NCBI GenBank assembly: GCA_963772365.1
Contig: CAVYXA010000001.1
Coordinates: 1,024,001-1,088,000, forward strand
Origin: an uncultured Verrucomicrobiae bacterium
GTDB taxonomy: Bacteria; Verrucomicrobiota; Verrucomicrobiia; Chthoniobacterales; UBA10450
Direction of reading: 5' to 3'
DNA length: 64,000 nt
Part shown: piece by piece, positions 52,168 to 60,791 of the stretch
Numbering within the stretch: the first letter of the stretch is position 1
Layout of the letters: each line of letters opens with the position of its first letter
Made by a program: the position numbers and the translations under genes
Notes under the pieces: generated by a model
Told to the model about the DNA's origin: nothing
Seen by the model: the letters and a program-made list of their open reading frames with translations, nothing else
Databases searched by the model: none

Positions 52168-53412
52168 GTGAAGGCGAAACGCATCGAAGTGAAAGAGGGA
52201 AGCGTTTCTGTTCCCATTTACAGGTTTTCTGACGGCAGATTTTGCGTCGACACCCTCGTTGGAAAAAAGCGCCGGCGAATCACCCGCGCCTCACTCGACG
52301 CGGCCAAGATCGAAGCGCGGAAGCTGATCGCGCAGATTGCTTCGGGCCGCGCCCATGAGGAGCGAATGACGCTCGCAGAAGTCGAGGATTACCGCCTCGC
52401 GAAGAACAAGGTGGCTCCATTCGGAATGTCACTGCTCAGCGCTGTGGAGGAATGGATCGCGGGACGGGGCAAGACGCAGCGCATCATCTCCAAAACGGTT
52501 GCCGAAGTTGTCGAGGAGTTCCTTACCTCGAAGCGGGTGGAGGGCGTGAGTTTTTTCCATTTGGAAGATCGGAAATATCGGATGAACAAATTCGCCGCTG
52601 CATTTCCCGGCCGTATCGATCAAATCAGCACGCACGAAATCGAGGTTTGGCTGAATGGCCTCGGAATCAGCGGGCGCACACGCAACAACTACCGCAACGC
52701 AGTCCTTCAGCTTTTCCGCCACGCGCGGGGCAAGCGCTACCTGCCGCGGAACGAGCCCACCGCTGTCGAAGACGTGGCATCAGCAAATACGGGCGAGGGC
52801 GCGATTGAAATCTATACGTCGCAAGAGCTGCGGTTGCTCCTCTCAAATGCTCCGGCGAAACTACTGCCGTTTTTTGCGATCGGCGCGTTCGCCGGTCTGC
52901 GGAGTCAGGAAATCATGCGGCTCGATTGGAGTGAAATTCGTTTTGAGCAACACTTCATCGAGGTTGCTGCGGCCAAGGCGAAGACAGCCTCACGCCGTCT
53001 TGCGCCGCTGCTGCCCGCCCTCGCGGCTTGGCTGTTGCCGCTGCGCCAGAAGACAGGTCACGTGGTCGGCTACACGCGCAACGACATGCTGTGCGAAGCT
53101 CGGCAGCGGTATTGCAAGAGCGGTATCAAAGTGGAGGACGAGGTTTTTGAATTTAGGTGGAAACCGAACGCGCTTCGGCACAGTTACGCAAGCTATCGAT
53201 TGGCCGACATCAAGGATGCGGCGCGGGTTGCGCTGGAGATGGGTAACTCGCCGGCAATGCTCTTCCGCAATTATCGCGAGCTTGTGACCGAGAAACAAGC
53301 AACAGAGTGGTTTGCTGTCCTCCCCGAAACCAAAGATCGGCAAAACCAACTCCGAAAGAAATCGCGCGACAAGCCGCTTAACTGCGCGATTGGATCAAGA
53401 ACTCCTCCATAA
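52168..53412 (+). CDS. Tyrosine recombinase/integrase
   Basis: FAGLRSQEI (R), NALRHSYASY (xLRH), MGNS, FRNY (Y). Confidence 0.93.
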   Translation: MKAKRIEVKEGSVSVPIYRFSDGRFCVDTLVGKKRRRITRASLDAAKIEARKLIAQIASGRAHEERMTLAEVEDYRLAKNKVAPFGMSLLSAVEEWIAGRGKTQRIISKTVAEVVEEFLTSKRVEGVSFFHLEDRKYRMNKFAAAFPGRIDQISTHEIEVWLNGLGISGRTRNNYRNAVLQLFRHARGKRYLPRNEPTAVEDVASANTGEGAIEIYTSQELRLLLSNAPAKLLPFFAIGAFAGLRSQEIMRLDWSEIRFEQHFIEVAAAKAKTASRRLAPLLPALAAWLLPLRQKTGHVVGYTRNDMLCEARQRYCKSGIKVEDEVFEFRWKPNALRHSYASYRLADIKDAARVALEMGNSPAMLFRNYRELVTEKQATEWFAVLPETKDRQNQLRKKSRDKPLNCAIGSRTPP

Positions 53413-53644
53413 ATACGACGAGTTCTTGAAGGCGGTAGCGCACTAAATGTGAACTGACCTTGCGCGGATGAATATAGCCAAGGCGTACCCACTCCTTGAA
53501 CTGTGATTCGCCGACGGAAAGAAATTTGCACGCGCCTTTCCGATCGACATAGCCACTGAAATCATTGATACGCGAAAGCTGTTTTCCGACAGCTTCGCTG
53601 ACGGCGCGGATCAGCAACTCGTCTTGGATTTCAACGCGCAACAT
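53378..53644 (-). CDS. Excisionase-like HTH protein
   Basis: YVDRKGACKFLSVGESQFKEWVRLG...VRYRLQEL winged-HTH pattern; convergent with and overlapping the integrase. Confidence 0.7.
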   Translation of the reverse strand: MLRVEIQDELLIRAVSEAVGKQLSRINDFSGYVDRKGACKFLSVGESQFKEWVRLGYIHPRKVSSHLVRYRLQELVVFMEEFLIQSRS

Positions 53645-53912
53645 GTGCTATCTGTTCGACGCGATTTCCATTTTTCAAACGCGGACAGAAACAACAGAGC
53701 TCAAGCCGCAACCGAGTAATCCTCGAGCGATTTCGATCAGTGAAGATTCCCATGTTTGAGGTTTAACCCAGTGATACTGTCTGCGTGCTCTCATTCTGGC
53801 GCAGCTTTGCTTTCGCTTGGAGCGGTAAACTGCGATATGCCGCCGGAAGGGCAACTTTTGCTGCTGACGAAAATCCTCTGCCCGACTAACGGCTCGCAAT
53901 CGGCGGTCTGTT

Positions 53913-54248
53913 TTGCTAGATTACCTTGGATTGAAAGTGGATTCCAAGAGTTTGGAAGCTGAAGAAACAGGGTCCGGGCATTTGGCCGCTATAGCCCGTC
54001 GCGTTTGCTGGTGGGAACCGGTTGCCTCCACCTTTGAAAATACGCCGCTGTTTCTCTGCCGAATTATGGTGCTGGGAACATGGGAGGACATCTGCATCGC
54101 TCTAGACCATTACGGCAGGGATGCTTTCCGCCAGGCATTACTAAATGCGCCTCCTGGCTTGTTCGATGCCCGTTCCTGGCATTACTGGCACCATCGCTTG
54201 CAGCTTCTGCCTGTTCCATCGTTGCCGCAGCGCGTCATCCCGGCATGA
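53913..54248 (+). CDS. Hypothetical protein, putative antitoxin partner of AbiEii
   Basis: WWEP...IMVLGTWED...APPGLFDARSWHYWH; ATGA overlap with the AbiEii gene; start uncertain. Confidence 0.6.
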   Translation: MLDYLGLKVDSKSLEAEETGSGHLAAIARRVCWWEPVASTFENTPLFLCRIMVLGTWEDICIALDHYGRDAFRQALLNAPPGLFDARSWHYWHHRLQLLPVPSLPQRVIPA

Positions 54249-54940
54249 AGCCACGGCTGGATGTTTTGCCTCCGCAGCAGCGGCGCTTTTGGTCTGAGCT
54301 TTCCCAATTGCCCGAGCATTTCGTTTTATACGGAGGAACAGCGATTGGCTTGCGCCTTGGTGGAAGACAATCCGTTGATTTCGATTTTTTCACGAACCAG
54401 CCCATTTCGGCAGACGCTCTAAGCCGGAGCCTTCCATTTCTTCGCGGAGCGGAACTGATTCAATCCGAGCCGAACACTTCCACTTTTACCGTGCATCATG
54501 AGGGAGAAATCAAAGTCTCATTTTTCGGTGGACTCACCATCGGACGTGTTGCCGATCCCGACCGTTGCGAAGATAATGGAGTTTCCATCGCTTCGCTCCT
54601 CGATCTCGCAGCGCAAAAGGTAAAAGTGATTCTGGCACGCGCGGAGGCAAAGGATTACCTCGACATTTATACGTTGTTAAAAGCCGGCATCACCTTGCCC
54701 AGTGCTCTTGGAGCGGCGAAAGCGCTGTATCCCGAATTCAACCCGGTGCTGTCCCTGAAGGCCCTCGCATACTATGGCGAGCCCGGCCTTGGCGCCATAT
54801 CAGCGGAGATTCGTGAGTTTCTCACGGCGGCAAGCGCAAGAGTGGAATCGGTTGAGACGATTTCTAAAATCGCACCCGGCATCACTCCGTCGAACCGCAA
54901 CACGCGTGTTCAGACGCGAAACAAAAGTATCCAAATTTAA
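54245..54940 (+). CDS. AbiEii/AbiGii-family nucleotidyltransferase toxin
   Basis: LYGGTAIGL..GGRQSVDFDFF, K...R...KDYLDI motifs. Confidence 0.85.
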   Translation: MKPRLDVLPPQQRRFWSELSQLPEHFVLYGGTAIGLRLGGRQSVDFDFFTNQPISADALSRSLPFLRGAELIQSEPNTSTFTVHHEGEIKVSFFGGLTIGRVADPDRCEDNGVSIASLLDLAAQKVKVILARAEAKDYLDIYTLLKAGITLPSALGAAKALYPEFNPVLSLKALAYYGEPGLGAISAEIREFLTAASARVESVETISKIAPGITPSNRNTRVQTRNKSIQI

Positions 54941-55511
54941 TCGCCTTTTTACCCACCATCAAGAATGACGGTTTGCTTATCGGCGAGGCATGACGAAGGA
55001 TCTTCAACCAGTCTTGCCCACGGAAGGAACCGTGGGCTGGGTTAGGAGGGACGCCCTACCCCTTAGCACCGCTAAGGAATTTTTGATTTGCCGCTAACCC
55101 GCTCCCGATCTGAGGAGCAACGCGCCAGACATCGTAGCGCCCACGCAGCGTTCGCCGGACGTTTGTTCGCGCATTCACGCTGCCGGCACCAAGCCATCAC
55201 GCCAAGTTGATGTCGCCGACGGATGGATCTCGAACTGCGGCAAGAAGGGCGCATCGGACCACCTCAGCTGCGCGTTGTTTGCTAGCGTTAACGTGGCGGT
55301 TAAAACCGATATGATCGCGCGTTCCCTCCCGAGGTCGCTGATAAGCCGCAGCAGCGACGAACACCGAACCGACCCGGCTAACGTTCGCACCACGCTGCAG
55401 CGAAATCGCCAGCGGCAGAATCCCGATTGACCTATCCGCAAACTAGCGTTGAAAATCAACCACTCGCTGGTGAATATTCACTATGAAACGGCGGGAATGT
55501 CACACCTCAAA

Positions 55512-55868
55512 TCAATTCTTTGGTGTCGCTGGTTCTGCGGTTTCGGGGATCGCGTCCGGCGGCAAGAACTTTCGCATCTCGTTCAAATCGGATTCAGCTC
55601 CCGGATCCCCAAACTGCTTCGCGCGGAGCATCCAAGTATATGCAAGCTTGTATTGTTTTTTAATGAGAAAATGCCTGCTAAGCCTGGCTGCTGCTGCTGC
55701 ATCGCCATTGTTAGCCGCTGCCGTCGCAGCAGCGAGATCATCTTGCGCTAGCTCGATTGACGATCTGGGACCTAAACGCTCGTGGCTTTTGTAAATGTAA
55801 ACAGCGCCAACGATTAGTGCGACCAGACAAAGGGCCATCGCGCCAGCTTTCGGAATTGAGTTCGTCAC
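55512..55868 (-). CDS. Membrane-anchored Sel1-like repeat protein (candidate immunity)
   Basis: N-terminal TM; AANNGDAAAAARL...AYTWMLRAKQFGDPGA Sel1-like pattern. Confidence 0.6.
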   Translation of the reverse strand: MTNSIPKAGAMALCLVALIVGAVYIYKSHERLGPRSSIELAQDDLAAATAAANNGDAAAAARLSRHFLIKKQYKLAYTWMLRAKQFGDPGAESDLNEMRKFLPPDAIPETAEPATPKN

Positions 55869-55922
55869 ATCAGCGCGAACGGTAAACGGGAATGTATGAA
55901 GCGCATGTCGCCGCTTTAATGT

Positions 55923-56285
55923 CTATGGGGTGGAAGCGGGAGACGGTGTCGCCGTCGAAGTCGGTTGTTTGCCGTTGGACTTGCCGAGTTCTTTTAATTT
56001 CTCTACATCAAGACCCAAAGCGTCGAGATATGCTCGACCGCGCTCCGACTCGATTTGATACCACGCAAAGAAAAGAATCAGAATGAAGGACAGCACAAAT
56101 GAGATGAGGTCTTTCCTTCGAGAGCGGTTAGTATTCAAAAGGTAAACGATCGCCCAGACAATTTGGAGGCCGAGAAGGAAGTAGTAGAGTTCTAACGAGA
56201 CACCCGGCCGCAGGTCCGAAATCACTAACCAGTTTGCGCTTAGCAGCAAAGCGCAAGTTACGAGCGGCAGAATTCGCGCCCTCAT
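55923..56285 (-). CDS. Small 3-TM protein (candidate immunity for mini-RHS 3)
   Basis: Starts 9 nt after the toxin stop; three hydrophobic segments. Confidence 0.6.
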   Translation of the reverse strand: MRARILPLVTCALLLSANWLVISDLRPGVSLELYYFLLGLQIVWAIVYLLNTNRSRRKDLISFVLSFILILFFAWYQIESERGRAYLDALGLDVEKLKELGKSNGKQPTSTATPSPASTP

Positions 56286-56294
56286 CGGCTTGTA

Positions 56295-57017
56295 TCAATG
56301 CCCAAGGTTTATCCGCCCAAGATACAAACCGCTTCCCGCTAGTTGACCATTAAGAAATGTTTGCATCAGGCCGAGATGAAACCCGTTGTCATAGGCAGCG
56401 ACGCTCCGGTCAGAACCAAGGATCGGCACAGCAGGCAGGTTCAGCGACAAAGTTGTCAATAAATTCCCAGGATTTCGAGAATCTCCTGTGCCACATCCAA
56501 AAAGATCAATTGATGCTCCAGGCGCGAGTTTAGGTCCGATCAAGTCTGGGAAGTTCCCATAATTAACGAGACCATTTGGACCTTCTTCAACAAGCAAAAC
56601 GCTTCCGTTTGATACGACGATTGCACTTGCTGGGTTCGCCGCGTTGTCTATCCCTTGCCCATAACCGCCGATGCCGGTTCCAGCAGGGTCATATAAGCCG
56701 TGTCCACCGTAGAATAAGACGTTTCCAATCGACCCCGGTGCCGCTGCTATAATCGCCTGGTTCAGTCCGGCACCCGTGCTAACGCGAGTGACTCGGCCGT
56801 TTACGTCCCGCAGATAAACGTCCAATCCCAGCGGATCAACTCTGTTGATCGGGTCGTTGAAGCCGTAATGATATAAATTTGTTCCGCCGTCTTCTCCGAT
56901 TGGATCGCGGCTCAACCAGCGTCCGATTGTTGGATCATAACCAGCTTTTGCTTGGATCGACAGCAACATACCGGCGATCAGGGCGATCAATAAAACGGAC
57001 GTAATTTTGGAATTCAT
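56295..57017 (-). CDS. Mini-RHS protein 3: signal peptide, RHS core motif, variable C-terminus
   Basis: MNSKITSVLLIALIAGMLLSIQAKA|GYDPTIGRWLSRDPIGEDGGTNLYHYGFNDPINRVDPLG. Confidence 0.85.
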   Translation of the reverse strand: MNSKITSVLLIALIAGMLLSIQAKAGYDPTIGRWLSRDPIGEDGGTNLYHYGFNDPINRVDPLGLDVYLRDVNGRVTRVSTGAGLNQAIIAAAPGSIGNVLFYGGHGLYDPAGTGIGGYGQGIDNAANPASAIVVSNGSVLLVEEGPNGLVNYGNFPDLIGPKLAPGASIDLFGCGTGDSRNPGNLLTTLSLNLPAVPILGSDRSVAAYDNGFHLGLMQTFLNGQLAGSGLYLGRINLGH

Positions 57018-57080
57018 GGTTTCTTGGGGGCGTTGTGATTCTTTTGTTCGACGATATCCCAGTCTACTCCGGGATGCTCC

Positions 57081-57209
57081 TTAATGGCTCAAATCAGCGC
57101 CAAAACCAATGAAAAATCAACATTCCCACCACGACGGCTACTAGTAATGGCACGATTACGAGCGCGAACAGAGAGAGCAAATCTTTCGGAAAATTCACGA
57201 ACTCGGCGG
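57081..57209. repeat. 129-bp direct repeat, copy 1 (copy 2 at 58501-58629)
   Basis: 4 mismatches in 129 bp by manual alignment. Confidence 0.9.
57094..57198 (-). CDS. Putative 34-aa single-TM micro-protein, copy 1
   Basis: GTG start; MNFPKDLLSLFALVIVPLLVAVVVGMLIFHWFWR*. Confidence 0.45.
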   Translation of the reverse strand: MNFPKDLLSLFALVIVPLLVAVVVGMLIFHWFWR

Positions 57210-57234
57210 TGCCGACGGTCGGCGAGCAAAAACT

Positions 57235-57633
57235 CTACCGAACATGTTTCTCCAACAATCGAACGACCGGTTCGCTGATGCTGCATTGTTGCTTGAGCCA
57301 ACTCAATTGATCACGCGAAATTCGATAATCTTCGTTGCCAGGCATTTCTTTTTCGAAAGACTTATACTTTGGATTTAGGAGAACCCACACCCAACGCTTT
57401 CCATCAGCCGCGGGGATTCCCACGGCACAATACTCATCGCGCCGTTTGATAATCAGATGATCATCAACAGGCGTCGCTCGGCCCTGGACTGACAATGCTT
57501 GGAGGAACGATGCCTCCGGCTTGGAGCCGAGCTCGTCGCTCTGTCTCAACAAGAAAAACAATATCGGAAAGGCCGAAATGGTTACAATTAGTACCACCCA
57601 GAACAGAACACGCTGCCATATCATTAATGGCAC
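57235..57633 (-). CDS. Membrane-anchored hypothetical protein (candidate immunity)
   Basis: N-terminal TM then soluble domain; abuts the 45-aa ORF stop. Confidence 0.6.
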   Translation of the reverse strand: MPLMIWQRVLFWVVLIVTISAFPILFFLLRQSDELGSKPEASFLQALSVQGRATPVDDHLIIKRRDEYCAVGIPAADGKRWVWVLLNPKYKSFEKEMPGNEDYRISRDQLSWLKQQCSISEPVVRLLEKHVR

Positions 57634-57771
57634 CTACTCGCTATCCTTTTGCGATTTGCCTTTGTCCCCACCAGTGCCGCTTTCATAACGGGATGACGAA
57701 CTAGGCCAAAAAATGATTGCGACAATCACTCCTGCCGCAATGAGGCCGAATATTATTCCAAGCAAAGTCAT
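57634..57771 (-). CDS. 45-aa single-TM protein (candidate immunity for mini-RHS 2)
   Basis: MTLLGIIFGLIAAGVIVAIIFWPSSSSRYESGTGGDKGKSQKDSE*; ATG directly after the toxin stop with no gap on either side. Confidence 0.55.
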   Translation of the reverse strand: MTLLGIIFGLIAAGVIVAIIFWPSSSSRYESGTGGDKGKSQKDSE

Positions 57772-58446
57772 CTAAGGCCCAAGAATCAATTGTCCGTCTC
57801 TAATAACGCTTCCGACTTTGCGATACAGCAGATAGCCACCAGTTCCGGTAAGCGTTAAGGCAACTCCTTGGCCACCGATGCCGCTGTTCCAGAAAAAGGC
57901 AGGGATTGTTCCGCGCGAGATTGCAAGGCGCTCCGCAAAGTTCAGACTGGACCACGTGATTCCGTTCTCCACCGCCACGTATTCTCCAAATGCGTTAAAC
58001 GCCCCACGTAACAGCAAAGCTTCGTCAATCTGTAACGCCAAATGACCAATAGCCCTGCTGCGCTGCAAAGTTCGGTCACACGGATCATAGAAACCATGAC
58101 TCGCGAACGGGTCACCGAACGGGTTCAATCCATCCAAACCGGCATATGCACCTTGATCGAAGTCCGCGCCCCGAAAAAATTCCGCGCCTGTTCCTTCGTA
58201 ACCGCGCCCATCAAACCAAGTGCCGGGAATCAGCAGATAATACAGTCCGAGTGGATCAATCCGGTTGACCGGATCATTTTGAACATACGAATAAAGATTC
58301 GTCCCTTGCCGCAGTTCGGCGTTGTTCAGTGGATCGCGACTCAACCAGCGACCGATAGTCGGATCGTATCCGCTGCGAGCAGAATTCGAAATCAGTAAGC
58401 TGGTCAGCAGACCAACGAGAAGGAAACGGGCGTTTTTATGATTCAT
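57772..58446 (-). CDS. Mini-RHS protein 2
   Basis: MNHKNARFLLVGLLTSLLISNSARS|GYDPTIGRWLSRDPLNNAELRQGTNLYSYVQNDPVNRIDPLG. Confidence 0.85.
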   Translation of the reverse strand: MNHKNARFLLVGLLTSLLISNSARSGYDPTIGRWLSRDPLNNAELRQGTNLYSYVQNDPVNRIDPLGLYYLLIPGTWFDGRGYEGTGAEFFRGADFDQGAYAGLDGLNPFGDPFASHGFYDPCDRTLQRSRAIGHLALQIDEALLLRGAFNAFGEYVAVENGITWSSLNFAERLAISRGTIPAFFWNSGIGGQGVALTLTGTGGYLLYRKVGSVIRDGQLILGP

Positions 58447-58500
58447 GGTCTCTTGGGGGATTTTGTTCACGTGAATCCCAGTTTGTTTCCGGTTTGCTCG

Positions 58501-58629
58501 TTAATGTCTCAAATCAGCGCCAAAAACAATGAAAAATCAACATTCCCACCACGGCGGCTACTAGTAATGGCACGATTACCAGCGCGAACAGAGAGAGCAA
58601 ATCTTTCGGAAAATTCACGAACTCGGCGG
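58501..58629. repeat. 129-bp direct repeat, copy 2
   Basis: Matches 57081-57209. Confidence 0.9.
58514..58618 (-). CDS. Putative 34-aa single-TM micro-protein, copy 2
   Basis: MNFPKDLLSLFALVIVPLLVAAVVGMLIFHCFWR*. Confidence 0.45.
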   Translation of the reverse strand: MNFPKDLLSLFALVIVPLLVAAVVGMLIFHCFWR

Positions 58630-58724
58630 GTACATTGGACGGACGTTTAGCTCCTGCTCTTTCAGCAAGCAGCCTCCCTAATTACCGGATGGATGCTTTC
58701 CAGAGAGAAGCAGCGAACCACATA

Positions 58725-59006
58725 TCATGGCTTCGGACTGCGACCGCTATCAAGCCGCCGCAATTCCATAGAAATCTCATTCAATGCTCCCAAATCTTGG
58801 AATCCCGTATTGACCTCATGGTCAAGCCTCTGTTCGAGATCGCCGGGTAAACGACAACCCTGCGCCTGGTACGTTTTTCGAATGGCTACAATCAGAGCAT
58901 GGTCAGCCTTTGCAATATAATATCAGCTCACAAATAGCCAGACATTTGCGAGCACGGAAGCGGCGACGCATGCGCACAAGACGATGATCAAGATAATTCG
59001 TTTCAT
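58725..59006 (-). pseudogene. Membrane-anchored orphan immunity-like gene with an internal TGA at 58923-58925
   Basis: MKRIILIIVLCACVAASVLANVWLFVS*YYIAKADHAL...RSPKP*, all in one frame. Confidence 0.5.
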
Positions 59007-59227
59007 TAAGAATGACTAGACTTGAACAAGAAGCCTTCCCTTCGCAAACGGCTTCTCAGTTTACGGAGTCGGAACGCTTCCGGCACCTGTAAATACAGGG
59101 CTAGCGCCGTCTCTCCGATATCCATCAATATAAGGCACAAAGGGATATCCAGTGAGAGCCATCAAACGAAGCATTTCATCTTCGATATCATTTGCCATAA
59201 TGGCGAAGAATCGTCGCCTCAATCGAA

Positions 59228-59806
59228 CTAATCGGAGAAATGATACCACCGTCCCACAATATGCTTGAGCTGATAATGTCGCTCCGGCCGATTCGACGCA
59301 TCGTCACACCCTTTGAACAAGTAGCCCTTGTGGATACGTCCTCCAGCTGAAACAAGAAATTCCACGACGACAGCGCCGTCCGTGCAACGTGTGGCTTCAA
59401 CAGCAAGCACGTTGCGGGGACACTTGATCTTGCTGAGATCAATTTCGACGAACTCCGTGCTTCTCGGAATATCTTGGCTCTTTATGTCCTCCACGGCTCG
59501 CTCGAAATCAGCCAAGTGAGAATTAAACTGGCTGTCACTAAATGATGCTCCAAGGGAGCGAGCAATCCATGGGCTGAACGCAAACACAACGCAAATAACT
59601 GATGGCAATATCCAAAGCGGCGAAGATTTCCTCCAAACGAAGAAACCCAAGACCAGAGTGATCGGCACGGCAAGAATGAGAGAGAAAAATGTCAGGGCGG
59701 CTAACGTTACAAATAAGAAGTTCTGCGTGAGCGTCGCCAGGACGTTGAACGCAAGGCAAGCAGTTCCGATTAGCAAGACCGTTATGTTGCCGATTCGAAT
59801 CGACAT
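59228..59806 (-). CDS. 3-TM plus soluble-domain hypothetical protein (orphan immunity-like)
   Basis: Hydrophobic N-terminal half; ends HIVGRWYHFSD; start taken at MSIRIG. Confidence 0.55.
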   Translation of the reverse strand: MSIRIGNITVLLIGTACLAFNVLATLTQNFLFVTLAALTFFSLILAVPITLVLGFFVWRKSSPLWILPSVICVVFAFSPWIARSLGASFSDSQFNSHLADFERAVEDIKSQDIPRSTEFVEIDLSKIKCPRNVLAVEATRCTDGAVVVEFLVSAGGRIHKGYLFKGCDDASNRPERHYQLKHIVGRWYHFSD

Positions 59807-59956
59807 GGATGTGCACGCAGCGAAAGGCGGAATCTTATTTCCCGAAAAACAGCAGGTTGAACCAACGCACGAGGCTAGACTGAGGTGCACCACGAAAGGT
59901 TCGCGAGTCCTTTGAACGCCATTTTGCAGCTATGCGTCGCCTCGTTGATCGCGGAG

Positions 59957-60208
59957 TTACCTCAGTGCGCCAGCTATTTCCACAAGAGTTCGCGCGGAAA
60001 CAAGACCAGCACTGCCAAATAATGCAACCTCCGCCCACGTGAGCATGCGGGGGTTCGACCGCCGGGTTCGAATCACCGCGACTATTGCGACAACTGATGC
60101 TGCCACAACTACACCTGCGATAGCGAGGCATGCCCAAATCTGAACAAAATCAATCACTGAAAGAGCAAGAAGAAGAAGCGCAGCAGAGATACGTATCAAC
60201 TGCTTCAT
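59957..60208 (-). CDS. Small 3-TM protein (candidate immunity for mini-RHS 1)
   Basis: Starts 13 nt after the toxin stop; highly hydrophobic. Confidence 0.6.
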   Translation of the reverse strand: MKQLIRISAALLLLALSVIDFVQIWACLAIAGVVVAASVVAIVAVIRTRRSNPRMLTWAEVALFGSAGLVSARTLVEIAGALR

Positions 60209-60221
60209 GCAGAAGTCGCTT

Positions 60222-60791
60222 TTATCGCAGTGGCCCTGGCAGTGAGCTTGGGATTGCGTCAGGCGGGCCGAAAAGGTCTCTGAAAAAATAGAACATCTCG
60301 CTCGAAAAAGATCGACAGCTAGAATTTGTAAGACGATAAGGACCCTGCTGTCCGACCAAGGCGTTCAATATCGCTAATGCACGTAGGTCCTCCTCTGGGG
60401 AGGTCAATAAGTATGATGAAAAGGACTTAGGCGTAGTGCTTCTAAAGTCATCATAAATTGTGCCGGTTAGGCCATAGCGCCAAGTAAAGCCGCTCGTTAT
60501 GTCCACGCCGAAAGTATACGAACCGAGAACAGCGTTCGGTTTGCCGACGTTGATATTCTCATGGGGACTCCAAGGCGGGCCACCAATCCAGATATCTGTT
60601 CCTTTTGGATCTATCAAATTGACGGGGTCATTTCGCACATATGAATAGAGGTTTGGACCCTGACGAAGTTCGGCATTGTCGATCGGATCGCGACTTAACC
60701 AACGTCCGATAGTCGGATCATAGCCGGCTTGAACTGAATTCACGATCAGAACAGCCGCAGCTAGAGCGAGGAATGACTTTCCAACGTTCAT
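60222..60791 (-). CDS. Mini-RHS protein 1
   Basis: MNVGKSFLALAAAVLIVNSVQA|GYDPTIGRWLSRDPIDNAELRQGPNLYSYVRNDPVNLIDPKG; ATGA overlap with the upstream gene. Confidence 0.85.
   Translation of the reverse strand: MNVGKSFLALAAAVLIVNSVQAGYDPTIGRWLSRDPIDNAELRQGPNLYSYVRNDPVNLIDPKGTDIWIGGPPWSPHENINVGKPNAVLGSYTFGVDITSGFTWRYGLTGTIYDDFRSTTPKSFSSYLLTSPEEDLRALAILNALVGQQGPYRLTNSSCRSFSSEMFYFFRDLFGPPDAIPSSLPGPLR

Noticed and set aside
54945..55500. 94-aa ORF 55175-55459 and hairpin at 55016-55037 as a gene or oriT
   Set aside because: No recognisable motif in the frames I translated and no relaxase nearby. The hairpin may be a terminator, but this is unsupported.
24003..58925. Stop-codon reassignment explaining the in-frame TAA (24003) and TGA (58923)
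   Set aside because: Different codons, isolated cases, and all three stop codons terminate conserved genes normally in this window.
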